Shown: piece by piece, positions 1 to 16,639 of the stretch
How positions within the stretch are numbered: position 1 is the first letter of the stretch
Layout: each line of letters starts with the position of its first letter
Source: Eledone cirrhosa
Taxonomy: Eukaryota
Length of the DNA: 64,000 nt
Direction: 5' to 3'
NCBI GenBank assembly: GCA_964016885.1
Contig: OZ024740.1
Span: forward strand, 202,864,001-202,928,000
Notes under the pieces: generated by a model
The model's input: only the letters and a program-made list of their open reading frames with translations
What the model was told of the DNA's origin: nothing
Databases searched by the model: none
Position numbers and translations under genes: made by a program

Positions 1-19
1 TCAGTGTGTGAATGGTAAT

Positions 20-155
20 TGATTTTATCGATCCCGTAAGGATGAAAGGCAAAGCTAACATCGGCGGAATTTGAACTCAAAACGTAAAGGGTCGTAACTT
101 TATGCTGAAAAGGTATGTTGTCCGACGCTCTACCGATACTGCCAATCCACCGGCT
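20..155 (-). mobile_element. tRNA-derived SINE (Meta-domain-like central region)
   Basis: Reverse complement has an A-box TGGCAGTATCGG, a B-box GAGTTCAAATTC and GCCTTTCATCCTTACGGGATCGATAAAA. Confidence 0.85.
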
Positions 156-811
156 TCTTCTTATCCTTAAAAATGGTTTCTAATTTAGGCACAAGGCCAG
201 CATTTTACTTGCAATTTACTTGCTGGTACCTTATGGTACCTTACGTAATGATGAAAGGTAAAGATAACTTTATGCCGCGAAACATGTTGTTCAGCGCTCT
301 ACCGATACTGCCAATCCACCACCCTCTCCTTATCCATAATTATAGTAGAGATAGTTGAATAAGATAACTGGAAATCACGTGCAACACTTATTTACTTTTA
401 TCCCCGCCTCACGTAAGCTAATTAAATTTATTTTAACTTTTAAATTAAGTGACTTCATTTGCTCTTTGACTGGTGTGTATGTATGGTTCTGGTGAGGAGG
501 GTAAGTGGAATACCAGTAGAACAAGAAGAGCTGTTAAAAGGGGGGATGAACTCCTCGCAGTCAACAGCCTTCCATCCCAATTGTATGTGTGAGAGTCTTT
601 CACTGATTCACTGGAAAGAAATCAGCTAAGTCCAGGCCCAGAGAGGGATAGTTTAAACGTACCCAGGGCAAACCTTATACCACAATAGTGCCTCTAAGAC
701 TCAATGAGGAGTTCAGAACCTACGGTACCATGGCATGGTATAATCTAGAAAATGATCACTTCGTTTTTTATTTGTTTTGCAAGATTCTTGATATGAAATT
801 GTGTGTTGAAA

Positions 812-3800
812 CAGATATTGCTATATTTTGGGAGGTTCATGGTGCCAATAAAAGCACACGGCCCAGATATTGGTATATTTTGGGAGGTTCATGGTGCCAA
901 TAAAAGCACACAGCCCAGATATTGGTATATTTTGGGAGGTTCATGGTGCCAATAAAAGGACAAGGCCCAGATATTGCTATATTTTGGGAGGTTCATGGTG
1001 CCAATAAAAGCACACGGCCCAGATATTGCTATATTTTGGGAGGTTCATAGTGCCAATAAAAGCACACGGCCCAGATATTGGTATATTTTGGGAGGTTCAT
1101 GGTGCCAATAAAAGCACACGGCCCAGATATTGGCATATTTTGGGAGGTTCATGGTGCCAATAAAAGCACACGGCCCAGATATTGGTATATTTTGGGAGGT
1201 TCATGGTGCCAATAAAAGCACACGGCCCAGATATTGGTATATTTTGGGAGGTTCATGGTGCCAATAAAAGCACACGGCCCAGATATTGGTATATTTTGAG
1301 AGGTTCATGGTGCCAATAAAAGCACACGGCCCAGATATTGCTATATTTTGAGAGGTTCATGGTGCCAATAAAAGCACACGGCCCAGATATTGGTATATTT
1401 TGGGAGGTTCATGGTGCCAATAAAAGCACACAGCCCAGATATTGGTATAGTTTGGGAGGTTCATGGTGCCAATAAAAGCACACAGCCCAGATATTGCTAT
1501 ATTTTGAGAGGTTCATGGTGCCAATAAAAGCACACGGCCCAGATATTGGTATATTTTGGGAGGTTCATGGTGCCAATAAAAGCACACGGCCCAGATATTG
1601 GTATATTTTGGGAGGTTCATGGTGCCAATAAAAGCACACGGCCCAGATATTGCTATATTTTGAGAGGTTCATGGTGCCAAAAAAATCACACGGCCCAGAT
1701 ATTGGTATATTTTGGGAGGTTCATGGTGCCAATAAAAGTACACGGCCCAGATATTGGTATAGTTTGGGAGGTTCATGGTGCTAATAAAAGCACACGGCCC
1801 AGATATTGGTATATTTTGGGAGGTTCATGGTGCCAATAAAAGTACACGGCCCAGATATTGGTATATTTTGGGAGGTTCATGGTGCCAATAAAAGCACACA
1901 GCTCAGATATTGGTATATTTTGGGAGGTTCATGGTGCTAATAAAAGCACACGGCCCAGATATTGGTATATTTTGGGAGGTTCATGGTACCAATAAAAGCA
2001 CACGGCCCAGATATTGGTATATTTTGGGAGGTTCATGGTGCCAATAAAAGCACACGGCCCAGATATTTCTATATTTTGGGAGGTTCATGGTGCTAATAAA
2101 AGTACACGGCCCAGATATTTCTATATTTTGGGAGGTTCATGGTGCCAATAAAAGCACACGACCCAGGTATTGGTATATTTTGGGAGGTTCATGGTGCCAA
2201 TAAAAGCACACGGCCCAGATATTGGTATATTTTGGGAGGTTCATGGTGCTAATAAAAGTACACGGCCCAGATATTTCTATATTTTGGGAGGTTCATGGTG
2301 CCAATAAAAGCACACGACCCAGATATTGGTATATTTTGGGAGGTTCATGGTGCTAATAAAAGTACGCGGCCCAGATATTTCTATATTTTGGGAGGTTCAT
2401 GGTGCCAATAAAAGCACACGGCCCAGGTATTGGTATATTTTGGGAGGTTCATGGTGCCAATAAAAGCACACGGCCCAGATATTGCTATATTCTGGGAGGT
2501 TCATTGTGCCAATAAAAGCACACGGCCCAGATATTTCTATATTTTGGGAGGTTCATGGTGCCAATAAAAGGACAAGGCCCAGATATTGGTATATTTTGGG
2601 AGGTTCATGGTGCCAATAAAAGCACACGGCCCAGATATTGGTATATTTTGGGAGGTTCATGGTGCCAATAAAAGCACACGGCCCAGATATTGGTATATTT
2701 TGGGAGGTTCATGGTGCCAATAAAAGCACACGGCCCAGATATTGGTATATTTTGGGAGGTTCATGGTGCCAATAAAAGCACACGGCCCAGATATTGGTAT
2801 ATTTTGGGAGGTTCATGGTGCCAATAAAAGCACACGGCCCAGATATTGCTATATTTTGGGAGGTTCATGGTGCTAATAAAAGCACACGGCCCAGATATTG
2901 GTATATTTTGGGAGGTTCATGGTGCCAATAAAAGCACACAGCCCAGATATTGGTATATTTTGGGAGGTTCATGGTACCAATAAAAGCACACGGCCCAGAT
3001 ATTGGTATATTTTGGGAGGTTCATGGTGCCAATAAAAGCACACGGCCCAGATATTGCTATATTCTGGGAGGTTCATGGTGCCAATAAAAGCACACGGCCC
3101 AGATATTTCTATATTTTGGGAGGTTCATGGTGCCAATAAAAGGACAAGGCCCAGATATTGGTATATTTTGGGAGGTTCATGGTGCCAATAAAAGCACACG
3201 GCCCAGATATTTCTATATTTTGGGAGGTTCATGGTGCCAATAAAAGGACAAGGCCCAGATATTGGTATATTTTGGGAGGTTCATGGTGCCAATAAAAGCA
3301 CACGGCCCAGATATTTCTATATTTTGGGAGGTTCATGGTGCCAATAAAAGGACAAGGCCCAGATATTGGTATATTTTGGGAGGTTCATGGTGCCAATAAA
3401 AGCACACGGCCCAGATATTGGTATATTTTGGGAGGTTCATGGTGCCAATAAAAGCACACGGCCCAGATATTGGTATATTTTGGGAGGTTCATGGTGCCAA
3501 TAAAAGCACACGGCCCAGATATTTCTATATTTTGGGAGGTTCATGGTGCCAATAACAGCACACGGCCCAGATATTGGTATATTTTGGGAGGTTCATGGTG
3601 CCAATAAAAGCACACGGCCCAGATATTTCTATATTTTGGGAGGTTCATGGTGCCAATAAAAGCAACGGCCCAGATATTTCTATATTTTGGGAGGTTCATG
3701 GTGCCAATAACAGCACACGGCCCAGATATTGGTATATTTTGGGAGGTTCATGGTGCCAATAAAAGCACACGGCCCAGATATTGCTATATTTTGGGAGGTT

Positions 3801-6800
3801 CATGGTGCCAATAAAAGCACACGGCCCAGATATTTCTATATTTTGGGAGGTTCATGGTGCCAATAAAAGTACACGGCCCAGATATTGCTATATTTCGGGA
3901 GGTTCATGGTGCCAATAAAAGCACACGGCCCAGATATTTCTATATTTTGGGAGGTTCATGGTGCCAATAAAAGCACACGGCCCAGATATTTCTATATTTT
4001 GGGAGGTTCATGGTGCCAATAAAAGCACACGGCCCAGATATTTCTATATTTTGGGAGGTTCATGGTGCCAATAAAAGTACACGGCCCAGATATTTCTATA
4101 TTTTGGGAGGTTCACGGTGCCAATAAAAGTACACGGCCCAGATATTGCTATATTTTGGGAGGTTCATGGTGCCAATAAAAGTACACGGCCCAGATATTGC
4201 TATATTTTGGGAGGTTCATGGTGCCAATAAAAGCACACGGCCCAGATATTGCTATATTTTGGGAGGTTCATGGTGCCAATAAAAGCACACGGTCCAGATA
4301 TTGGTATATTTTGGGAGGTTCATGGTGCCAATAAAAGCACACGGCCCAGATATTGGTATATTTTGGGAGGTTCATGGTGCCAATAAAAGCACACGACCCA
4401 GATATTTCTATATTTTGGGAGGTTCATGGTGCCAATAAAAGCACACGGCCCAGATATTTCTATATTTTGGGAGGTTCATGGTGCCAATAAAAGCACACGG
4501 CCCAGATATTGGTATATTTTGGGAGGTTCATGGTGCCAATAAAAGCACACGGCCCAGATATTTCTATATTTTGGGAGGTTCATGGTGCCAATAAAAGCAC
4601 ACGGCCCAGATATTTCTATATTTTGGGAGGTTCATGGTGCCAATAAAAGGACAAGGCCCAGATATTGCTATATTTTGGGAGATTCATGGTGCCAATAAAA
4701 GCACACGGCCCAGAGATTTCTATATTTTGGGAGGTTCATGGTGCCAATAAAAGGACAAGGCCCAGATATTGCTATATTTTGGGAGGTTCATGGGGCCAAT
4801 AAATGCACACGGCCCAGATATTTCTATATTTTGGGAGGTTCATGGTGCCAATAAATGCACACGGCCCAGATATTTCTATATTTTGGGAGGTTCATGGTGC
4901 CAATAAAAGCAACGGCCCAGATATTGCTATATTTCGGGAGGTTCATGGTGCCAATAAAAGCACACGGCCCAGATATTTCTATATTTTGGGAGGTTCATGG
5001 TGCCAATAAAAGCACACGGCCCAGATATTGCTATATTTTGGGAGGTTCATGGTGCCAATAAAAGCACACGGCCCAGATATTGCTATATTTTGGGAGGTTC
5101 ATGGTGCCAATAAAAGCACACGGTCCAGATATTGGTATATTTTGGGAGGTTCATGGTGCCAATAAAAGCACACGGCCCAGATATTGGTATATTTTGGGAG
5201 GTTCATGGTGCCAATAAAAGCACACGACCCAGATATTTCTATATTTTGGGAGGTTCATGGTGCCAATAAAAGCACACGGCCCAGATATTTCTATATTTTG
5301 GGAGGTTCATGGTGCCAATAAAAGCACACGGCCCAGATATTGGTATATTTTGGGAGGTTCATGGTGCCAATAAAAGCACACGGCCCAGATATTTCTATAT
5401 TTTGGGAGGTTCATGGTGCCAATAAAAGCACACGGCCCAGATATTTCTATATTTTGGGAGGTTCATGGTGCCAATAAAAGGACAAGGCCCAGATATTGCT
5501 ATATTTTGGGAGGTTCATGGTGCCAATAAAAGCACACGGCCCAGAGATTTCTATATTTTGGGAGGTTCATGGTGCCAATAAAAGGACAAGGCCCAGATAT
5601 TGCTATATTTTGGGAGGTTCATGGGGCCAATAAATGCACACGGCCCAGATATTTCTATATTTTGGGAGGTTCATGGTGCCAATAAATGCACACGGCCCAG
5701 ATATTTCTATATTTTGGGAGGTTCATGGTGCCAATAAAAGCACACGGCCCAGATATTGGTATATTTTGGGAGGTTCATGGTGCCAATAAAAGCACACGGC
5801 CCAGATATTTCTATATTTTGGGAGGTTCATGGTGCCAATAACAGCACACGACCCAGATATTGGTATATTTTGGGAGGTTCATGGTGCCAATAAAAGCACA
5901 CGGCCCAGATATTTCTATATTTTGGGAGGTTCATGGTGCCAATAAAAGCAACGGCCCAGATATTGCTATATTTCGGGAGGTTCATGGTGCCAATAAAAGC
6001 ACACGGCCCAGATATTTCTATATTTTGGGAGGTTCATGGTGCCAATAAAAGCACACGGCCCAGATATTGCTATATTTTGGGAGGTTCATGGTGCCAATAA
6101 AAGTAGACGGCCCAGATATTGCTATATTTTGGGAGGTTCATGGTGCCAATAAAAGCACACGGCCCAGATATTGCTATATTTTGGGAGGTTCATGGTGCCA
6201 ATAAAAGCACACGGCCCAGATATTGCTATATTTTGGGAGGTTCATGGTGCCAATAAAAGCACACGGCCCAGATATTGGTATATTTTGGGAGGTTCATGGT
6301 GCCAATAAAAGCACACAGCCCAGATATTGGTATATTTTGGGAGGTTCATGGTGCCAATAAAAGCACACGGCCCAGATATTTCTATATTTTGGGAGGTTCA
6401 TGGTGCCAATAAAAGCACACGGCCCAGATATTTCTATATTTTGGGAGGTTCATGGTGCCAATAAAAGGACAAGGCCCAGATATTGCTATATTTTGGGAGG
6501 TTCATGGTGCCAATAAAAGCACACGGCCCAGAGATTTCTATATTTTGGGAGGTTCATGGTGCCAATAAAAGGACAAGGCCCAGATATTGCTATATTTTGG
6601 GAGGTTCATGGTGCCAATAAATGCACACGGCCCAGATATTTCTATATTTTGGGAGGTTCATGGTGCCAATAAATGCACACGGCCCAGATATTTCTATATT
6701 TTGGGAGGTTCATGGTGCCAATAAAAGCACACGGCCCAGATATTGCTATATTTTGGGAGGTTCATGGTGCCAATAAAAGTAGACGGCCCAGATATTGCTA

Positions 6801-9755
6801 TATTTTGGGAGGTTCATGGTGCCAATAAAAGCACACGGCCCAGATATTGCTATATTTTGGGAGGTTCATGGTGCCAATAAAAGCACACGGCCCAGATATT
6901 GGTATATTTTGGGAGGTTCATGGTGCCAATAAAAGCACACGGCCCAGATATTGGTATATTTTGGGAGGTTCATGGTGCCAATAAAAGCACACGGCCCAGA
7001 TATTGGTATATTTTGGGAGGTTCATGGTGCCAATAAAAGCACACGGCCCAGATATTGGTATATTTTGGGAGGTTCATGGTGCTAATAAAAGCACACGGCC
7101 CAGATATTTCTATATTTTGGGAGGTTCATGGTGCCAATAAAAGCACACGGCCCAGATATTGGTATATTTTGGGAGGTTCATGGTGCCAATAAAAGCACAC
7201 GGCCCAGATATTTCTATATTTTGGGAGGTTCATGGTGCCAATAAAAGCACACGGCCCAGATATTGGTATATTTTGGGAGGTTCATGGTGCCAATAAAAGC
7301 ACACGGCCCAGATATTTCTATATTTTGGGAGGTTCATGGTGCCAATAAAAGCACACGGCCCAGATATTGGTATATTTTGGGAGGTTCATGGTGCCAATAA
7401 AAGCACACGGCCCAGATATTGCTATATTTTGGGAGGTTCATGGTGCCAATAAAAGTAGACGGCCCAGATATTGCTATATTTTGGGAGGTTCATGGTGCCA
7501 ATAAAAGCACACGGCCCTGATATTGCTATATTTTGGGAGGTTCATGGTGCCAATAAAAGCACACGGCCCAGATATTGCTATATTTTGGGAGGTTCATGGT
7601 GCCAATAAAAGCACACGGCCCAGATATTGGTATATTTTGGGAGGTTCATGGTGCCAATAAAAGCACACGGCCCAGATATTGGTATATTTTGGGAGGTTCA
7701 TGGTGCCAATAAAAGCACACGGCCCAGATATTTCTATATTTTGGGAGGTTCATGGTGCCAATAAAAGCACACGGCCCAGATATTTCTATATTTTGGGAGT
7801 TTCATGGTGCCAATAAAAGGACAAGGCCCAGATATTGCTATATTTTGGGAGGTTCATGGTGCCAATAAAAGCACACGGCCCAGAGATTTCTATATTTTGG
7901 GAGGTTCATGGTGCCAATAAAAGGACAGGGCCCAGATATTGCTATATTTTGGGAGGTTCATGGTGCCAATAAATGCACACGGCCCAGATATTTCTATATT
8001 TTGGGAGGTTCATGGTGCCAATAAATGCACACGGCCCAGATATTTCTATATTTTGGGAGGTTCATGGTGCCAATAAAAGCACACGGCCCAGATATTGCTA
8101 TATTTTGGGAGGTTCATGGTGCCAATAAAAGTACACGGCCCAGATATTGCTATATTTTGGGAGGTTCATGGTGCCAATAAAAGCACACGGCCCAGATATT
8201 GCTATATTTTGGGAGGTTCATGGTGCCAATAAAAGCACACGGCCCAGATATTGGTATATTTTGGGAGGTTCATGGTGCCAATAAAAGCACACGGCCCAGA
8301 TATTGGTATATTTTGGGAGGTTCATGGTGCCAATAAAAGCACACGGCCCAGATATTGGTATATTTTGGGAGGTTCATGGTGGCAATAAAAGCACACGGCC
8401 CAGATATTTCTATATTTTGGGAGGTTCATGGTGCCAATAAAAGCACACGGCCCAGATATTGCTATATTTTGGGAGGTTCATGGTGCCAATAAAAGTACAC
8501 GGCCCAGATATTGCTATATTTTGGGAGGTTCATGGTGCCAATAAAAGCACACGGCCCAGATATTGGTATATTTTGGGAGGTTCATGGTGCCAATAAAAGC
8601 ACACGGCCCAGATATTGGTATATTTTGGGAGGTTCATGGTGCCAATAAAAGCACACGGCCCAGATATTGGTATATTTTGGGAGGTTCATGGTGCCAATAA
8701 AAGCACACGGCCCAGATATTGCTATATTTTGGGAGGTTCACGGTGCCAATAAAAGTACACGGACCAGATATTGCTATATTTTGGGAGGTTCATGGTGCCA
8801 ATAAAAGCACACGGCCCAGATATTGCTATATTTTGGGAGGTTCATGGTGCCAATAAAAGCACACGGCCCAGATATTGGTATATTTTGGGAGGTTCATGGT
8901 GCCAATAAAAGCACACGGCCCAGATATTGGTATATTTTGGGAGGTTCATGGTGACAATAAAAGCACACGGCCCAGATATTGGTATATTTTGGGAGGTTCA
9001 TGGTGCCAATAAAAGCACACGGCCCAGATATTTCTATATTTTGGGAGGTTTATGGTGCCAATAAAAGCACACGGCCCAGATATTTCTATATTTTGGGAGG
9101 TTCATGGTGCCAATAAAAGCACACGGCCCAGAGATTTCTATATTTTGGGAGGTTCATGGTGCCAATAAAAGGACAAGGCCCAGATATTGCTATATTTTGG
9201 GAGGTTCATGGTGCCAATAAATGCACACGGCCCAGATATTTCTATATTTTGGGAGGTTCATGGTGCCAATAAAAGCACACGGCCCAGATATTGGTATATT
9301 TTGGGAGGTTCATGGTGCCAATAAAAGTACACGGCCCAGATATTGCTATATTTTGGGAGGTTCATGGTGCCAATAAAAGCACACGGCCCAGATATTGCTA
9401 TATTTTGGGAGGTTCATGGTGCCAATAAAAGCACACGGCCCAGATATTGGTATATTTTGGGAGGTTCATGGTGCCAATAAAAGCACACGGCCCAGATATT
9501 GCTATATTTTGGGAGGTTCATGGTGCCAATAAATGCACACGGCCCAGATATTTCTATATTTTGGGAGGTTCATGGTGCCAATAAAAGTACACGGCCCAGA
9601 TATTGGTATATTTTGGGAGGTTCATGGTGTCAATAAAAGCACACGGCCCAGATATTTCTATATTTTGGGAGGTTCATGGTGCCAATAAAAGCACACGGCC
9701 CAGATATTGCTATATTTTGGGAGGTTCATGGTGCCAATAAATGCACACAGCCCAG
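812..9755 (+). repeat. 52-bp tandem satellite/minisatellite, ~172 copies
   Basis: Unit CAGATATT(GG/GC/TC)TATATTTTGGGAGGTTCATGGTGCCAATAAAAGCACACGGCC repeats head-to-tail without spacers; a few 51-bp units. Confidence 0.98.
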
Positions 9756-9999
9756 TTCAGTTTATTATTAATTAGGTAACTATGGCAGTGGACGGTAGAG
9801 CGTCGGATGCTTTGCAGCATAGAGTTACGTACCTTTACGGTCTGAGCTCAAATCCCGCCGAGGTTAGCTTTGCCTTTCATCCTTATGGGATGACTATTCT
9901 TGCTCAGAACGAAAAGGAGACCCAGAAGGGCAAAAATAGTTAACGAAAAACTCAAAAAATTCAAGAAGAGACTTCTGGTGTCCCTGGGTCTAGGACCAC

Positions 10000-10200
10000 C
10001 TCCCTACTCACCACCAGCGGCTCGGAGTTGGCTACCTGCAGGTGTGAGCCTCACGTCTCCCTCATCATCCTCCGGGGAAACGCCCTCGCTATTCTGTCCG
10101 CCGGGGCCGTAGAGCGACCAGCGCTTGGATTCCCATTTGCACATAATAGTAAGAGATTGGGAGAGCGAGAGAGAGACGGAGGCAGTGAATGAAAGAGAGA
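10000..10200 (+). mobile_element. 3' fragment of CRE-like non-LTR retrotransposon
   Basis: Matches the reverse complement of ~34950-35150 (GCTATTCTGTCCGCCGGGGCCGT...GAGAGCGAGA). Confidence 0.6.
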
Positions 10201-10507
10201 GAACAACAACACACACGCATTTAATAACTCATCTTTTGTCATAAAAACGTGAAAAGTCCTTATAGGAACCTGTGGTAACGTTATAACATAGAAATGGTTT
10301 TTATGAGATAAAATGGATATCAAACTATAAGAAAGAAGACCCCCCCCCCTCCAGCTACTAAAGTAACAAAGGAATGAGTTAGTTACTTAACTAATAAAGA
10401 TTTCTAATGTAGGCACAATGCCAGCAATGGTGGAGGAGGAAGTCGATTATATCGACCAAAGTGTATGACTGGTATTATATTTTAACGCCCCTGAAAAGAT
10501 GAAAACT

Positions 10508-11073
10508 TATCTGACTAATAATTTGTTTCTATTATTAGCAGAAGGCCAACAATTAACCAGTACATTACTGGTACTTTATTTTATCGACCGCGTAAGGATG
10601 AAAGGCAAAGTTAACTTCGGCAGGATCTGAACTCAGACTGTAAAGGGACATAACTCTATGCTGCAAAGCATGGCGTCCGACGCTCTACCGATACTGCCAA
10701 TCCACTGCCCCTATCTGACTAATAATTGTTTCTACTTTTGGCACAAGGCCAGCAAAATACCCAGTGCATTACTGGTATTTTATTTTATCGACCCCGTAAG
10801 GATGAAAGGCAAAGTTAACCTCGGCGGGATTTGAACTCAGCTATCTGACTAATAATGATTTCTTATATAGGCACCAAGGCCAGTAATTTGCGGGAGGGGG
10901 AAGTCGATTAAATCGACCCCAGTATATTACTGGTGCTTTATTTTATCGACCCCGTAAGGATGAAAGGCAAAGTTAACCTCGGCGGGATTTGAACTCAGAC
11001 CGTAGAGGGCCGTAACTCTATGCTGCAAAGCATGGCGTCCAACCTTCTACCGATACTGCCAATCCACCGCCCT
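10508..11073 (-). mobile_element. Cluster of three SINEs (one 5'-truncated)
   Basis: Same SINE consensus in each; TATCTGACTAATAAT recurs at 10508, 10712 and 10842 between copies. Confidence 0.85.
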
Positions 11074-11233
11074 CTAATAAAACCGAAGTTAAACGTCAAC
11101 TGGTGAGCTTGTTTTTACTGTAGCATGACCCTCCCAAAGTATAATAATAGAACAGTTTAGATATCATTAAAAGCTTATACCGATTCGATGGCGAAATATA
11201 TATATATAGATATATAAATATCTATATATACAT

Positions 11234-11276
<43 letters not shown>

Positions 11277-11286
11277 ACACACACAC

Positions 11287-11326
<40 letters not shown>

Positions 11327-12163
11327 TATGAACTTACTTAGTACATTTCCATTATAAGACTATATATTATATATTACAATACTGCACTACTGTCCGCTAT
11401 TCAGGAAATCGCATCGATACTTTCCTGTAAGCTTAAAATGTTTTTCCTTGGTGTTATTTAAAGTAATTTCTGTAAATATTAATGTAAACTATTTATATTG
11501 AATACTACAGCATAATTAAATCTTGAACGTGTCCGACTATCGACATTTAACGTGTGGTGATTCAAATGATAGAATCCATTTAGTTATTCTTGATGTTGAA
11601 GAAAGAATGGTTTTTACACGTTATCTAAATGCACGCGGCCATGTTATACTGGCAACTTCACTACAGATCTTAGTAGACTTGGTGAAACTTTTGCGGAAAG
11701 CATTTGTTAATGGTGGGATTAAATTGGAAGCCATTGTGAGTGAGTGGCTAAGACGATTTACACAAATCCATGAGATGATAATTATTAAGAGAAAAATTAA
11801 AATGGTGGAGCAAGAGAAAGAGTAGAACAGACGGCTAAAGCTACTTAGTAGCTCGTCTTGTTCTCCTGACTTCTAACAACACCGTTTTCTCGTCTAGCAT
11901 ATACATACACACACATTCAGAACTACACATTATAACACACACATACAGGACTATATATTGTAACACACACATACAGGACTATATATTGTAACACACACAC
12001 ACAGGACTATATATTGTAACAGAACGTACCTACTCCCCTGCGTTCCAACAACCCACCCTACCTTATTGCCTTTCAACTATAGGCCCTATATTCTAAAATA
12101 TAATTCTACTGAATTGTTAATGGAATCTATCTATATATATATATGTACATATGTATATATATA

Positions 12164-12203
<40 letters not shown>

Positions 12204-12440
12204 TCTCTTCCTTTCACCTCATCACTCTCGTTTTTTTCTCTCGCTCTCTCTCTTTCTCTCTCTATCTCTATCCATCCGTTTGGTTTTGATTGTTGACATG
12301 TTTACACGTGCCGTGGTGGCCTCTCTGTCTGCAATCTTTGCGGCACGTTTTTACCACCGTCGTAAAAAAAACCCTTCTGGATTATCTCCCTTTCCCTTCT
12401 CACTTTTGGTTGCCCGTGTCTCTCTCTCTCATATTCTCCT

Positions 12441-14527
<2,087 letters not shown>

Positions 14528-15532
14528 ATATATATATATATATATATAATATTATTCAAAATGAGAAATATTATAATAACCAAAGTATATATTTTATTAT
14601 ACATATTTCAAAGGAACGATGGTGTTTCAGTACGTTTTCATCAGATAAAATATATAAGAGATTGGTTATACGACATACCGCTAAGGTCTTGAATCTTCAA
14701 TTCCTGTAGTGGCAGTAACACGCAACATTTATATACCACAAATAATATGATAAACTTAGAGAAGAGGACGTAAAGCAACGATGAAATACACAAGGGAAGT
14801 TGAAAGGGAAGATGGAAAGAGAAAGAAAGGGAAATAAAGAAAAGAAGAAAAGGGAAGATGCGGAGAGAAAAGAAGGGAAATAAAGAAAAGAAGAAAAGGA
14901 AAAGGAAAGGATAAAAAAGGAGAGAATAAAAAAACCCGTTCTATTCAAATCCTAGACAAAAAATTCAAAAATGTTTCATATTATTTATCAGTGAATACCG
15001 CTTGTATTGGATTACGCTTTAGTTAATTATAAGTTTATAATATATCTAGATTATTAGGCATAGATTAATTTCTACGGCAATCGAATATTTAAGTTCATTA
15101 CAAATTGATATACTTAAATTAATTTAATTTAATTTAATTCATTTTAGATTATGACAATGTTTTATTATAAGGTAAGATATTCTATTTAGCATTATAATGC
15201 AACATTAAACATTTTATCTTTAATGTTTATTAAATATCTTTTAAATATGTATTAAAATGTATTATAATGCATATATCCACATCAATATATAATATATTTT
15301 GTTCATTTATCATCTAAATTAATTCAAAATTCTACTTTATGTGAAACTTCGTTATTTTTAAAAATATATTTTCATTTATTTTTAAAATGTGCATGTGGTT
15401 ATATTTACTCTCCATAAACTTTATTTCACTTAATGAAGGGTTATATTTATATTTACTTCAATACTTAATTATTCTAATATATATAGTTTAAGTTTAATGA
15501 TAGTCTATGTACTATTAAACTATCAATTATTA

Positions 15533-15720
15533 TGGATTGGCAGTATCGGTAGAGGGTCGGACGCCATGCTTTCCAGCATAGTTACGTCCCTTTACGATCT
15601 GAGTTCAAATCCCGCCGAGGTTGACTTTGCCTTTCATCCTTACGGGGTCGATAAAATAAAGTACCAGTAATGCACTGGGTAATTGCTGGCCTTGTGCCTA
15701 AAGTAGAAACAATTATTATT
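15533..15720 (+). mobile_element. Near full-length tRNA-derived SINE
   Basis: A and B boxes, central domain and AATTATT tail; nearly identical to 35613-35803 and 61757-61945. Confidence 0.9.
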
Positions 15721-16039
15721 TATTAATCTATATTTTATATATATTTTTTTACAAGCTAATATAATTTACGGACAATGTAAACAAAAGGAAGATAACTCTT
15801 TTACAATACAACATTTTTTTTTCAACTTAGAGGGAATATCTTCTCTCTCATCCAACGATTTTTTAAGTTCCTCAACATATCTAATCTATATATCTTAATT
15901 GATGTCTAATTAAATAGTGAACTATCCTAATCAATTCGTAGGATTAAAAAACTCTCAATGAGGTTATGCTATTATATATAAATATCTATAATTTTTACTT
16001 CAATTAGGCAAATTTACATATATTCAAGGTGTTATTTGT

Positions 16040-16240
16040 CCATATTTTTTTGGAACTGGTACATTGCCAGGAAAGTCTTACCAAAATTTATGATGACAGC
16101 TACTAAATAATTAATTCTTTTTGTTATTAAATTGTCATGTTTTGTGATTATGTGAAGGATTTCCTCGTTGCAAAGATGGCAAAATTCTGAGATTGCAGAA
16201 TTCCGGTAGGCGATAGCATATTTAATTTTCTCCAAGAGAT
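16040..16240 (-). pseudogene. PLE GIY-YIG endonuclease C-terminal remnant
   Basis: CHLCNEEILHII...NLITKR resembles the CxLC..E..I..LNKR tail also seen at ~40210-40290. Confidence 0.55.
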
Positions 16241-16392
16241 GGAGTATTTAATGTTATTGTCTTTTAATGACCTTTAATGACTTTTAATATTATTGTCTTC
16301 TAATCTATTGTAAAATTGAATTCGTTGAATAATCAACGAACCATATAAACTTTTGGTATATATATATATATATATTAAAATAACAAATTAAA

Positions 16393-16441
16393 GTTTAAGC
16401 AAAGAATCGCTGCTTTCATCCTTGACGGGATCTTCTGAAAC
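16393..16441 (-). ncRNA. Degenerate hammerhead-like motif
   Basis: guuu CAGAAGA uccCGUCAAggau GAAA gca..ugc UU aaac; U4 is changed to A. Confidence 0.4.
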
Positions 16442-16639
16442 TAAAAAAATCAATCTGTGAGCGCAGAAGTAAATATTTCGAAAAACGTTGTAACCGAAGG
16501 AAAACAGGAAGGCGATATTTTAGTACGTGAAGACGTTCCCTGGCAATCGAGCCCTCTTCGGATTTTAGTCTTCACATTTATTATTATCACTATATATATA
16601 CGCCCACGAAGATTAAGGATTTCGAAGTTGATTCCTCCT

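Noticed and set aside
812-9755. CRISPR array, or coding repeat from the short ORFs
   Set aside because: Units are contiguous with no unique spacers and no cas genes. The 52-bp period breaks frame and produces regular stops.
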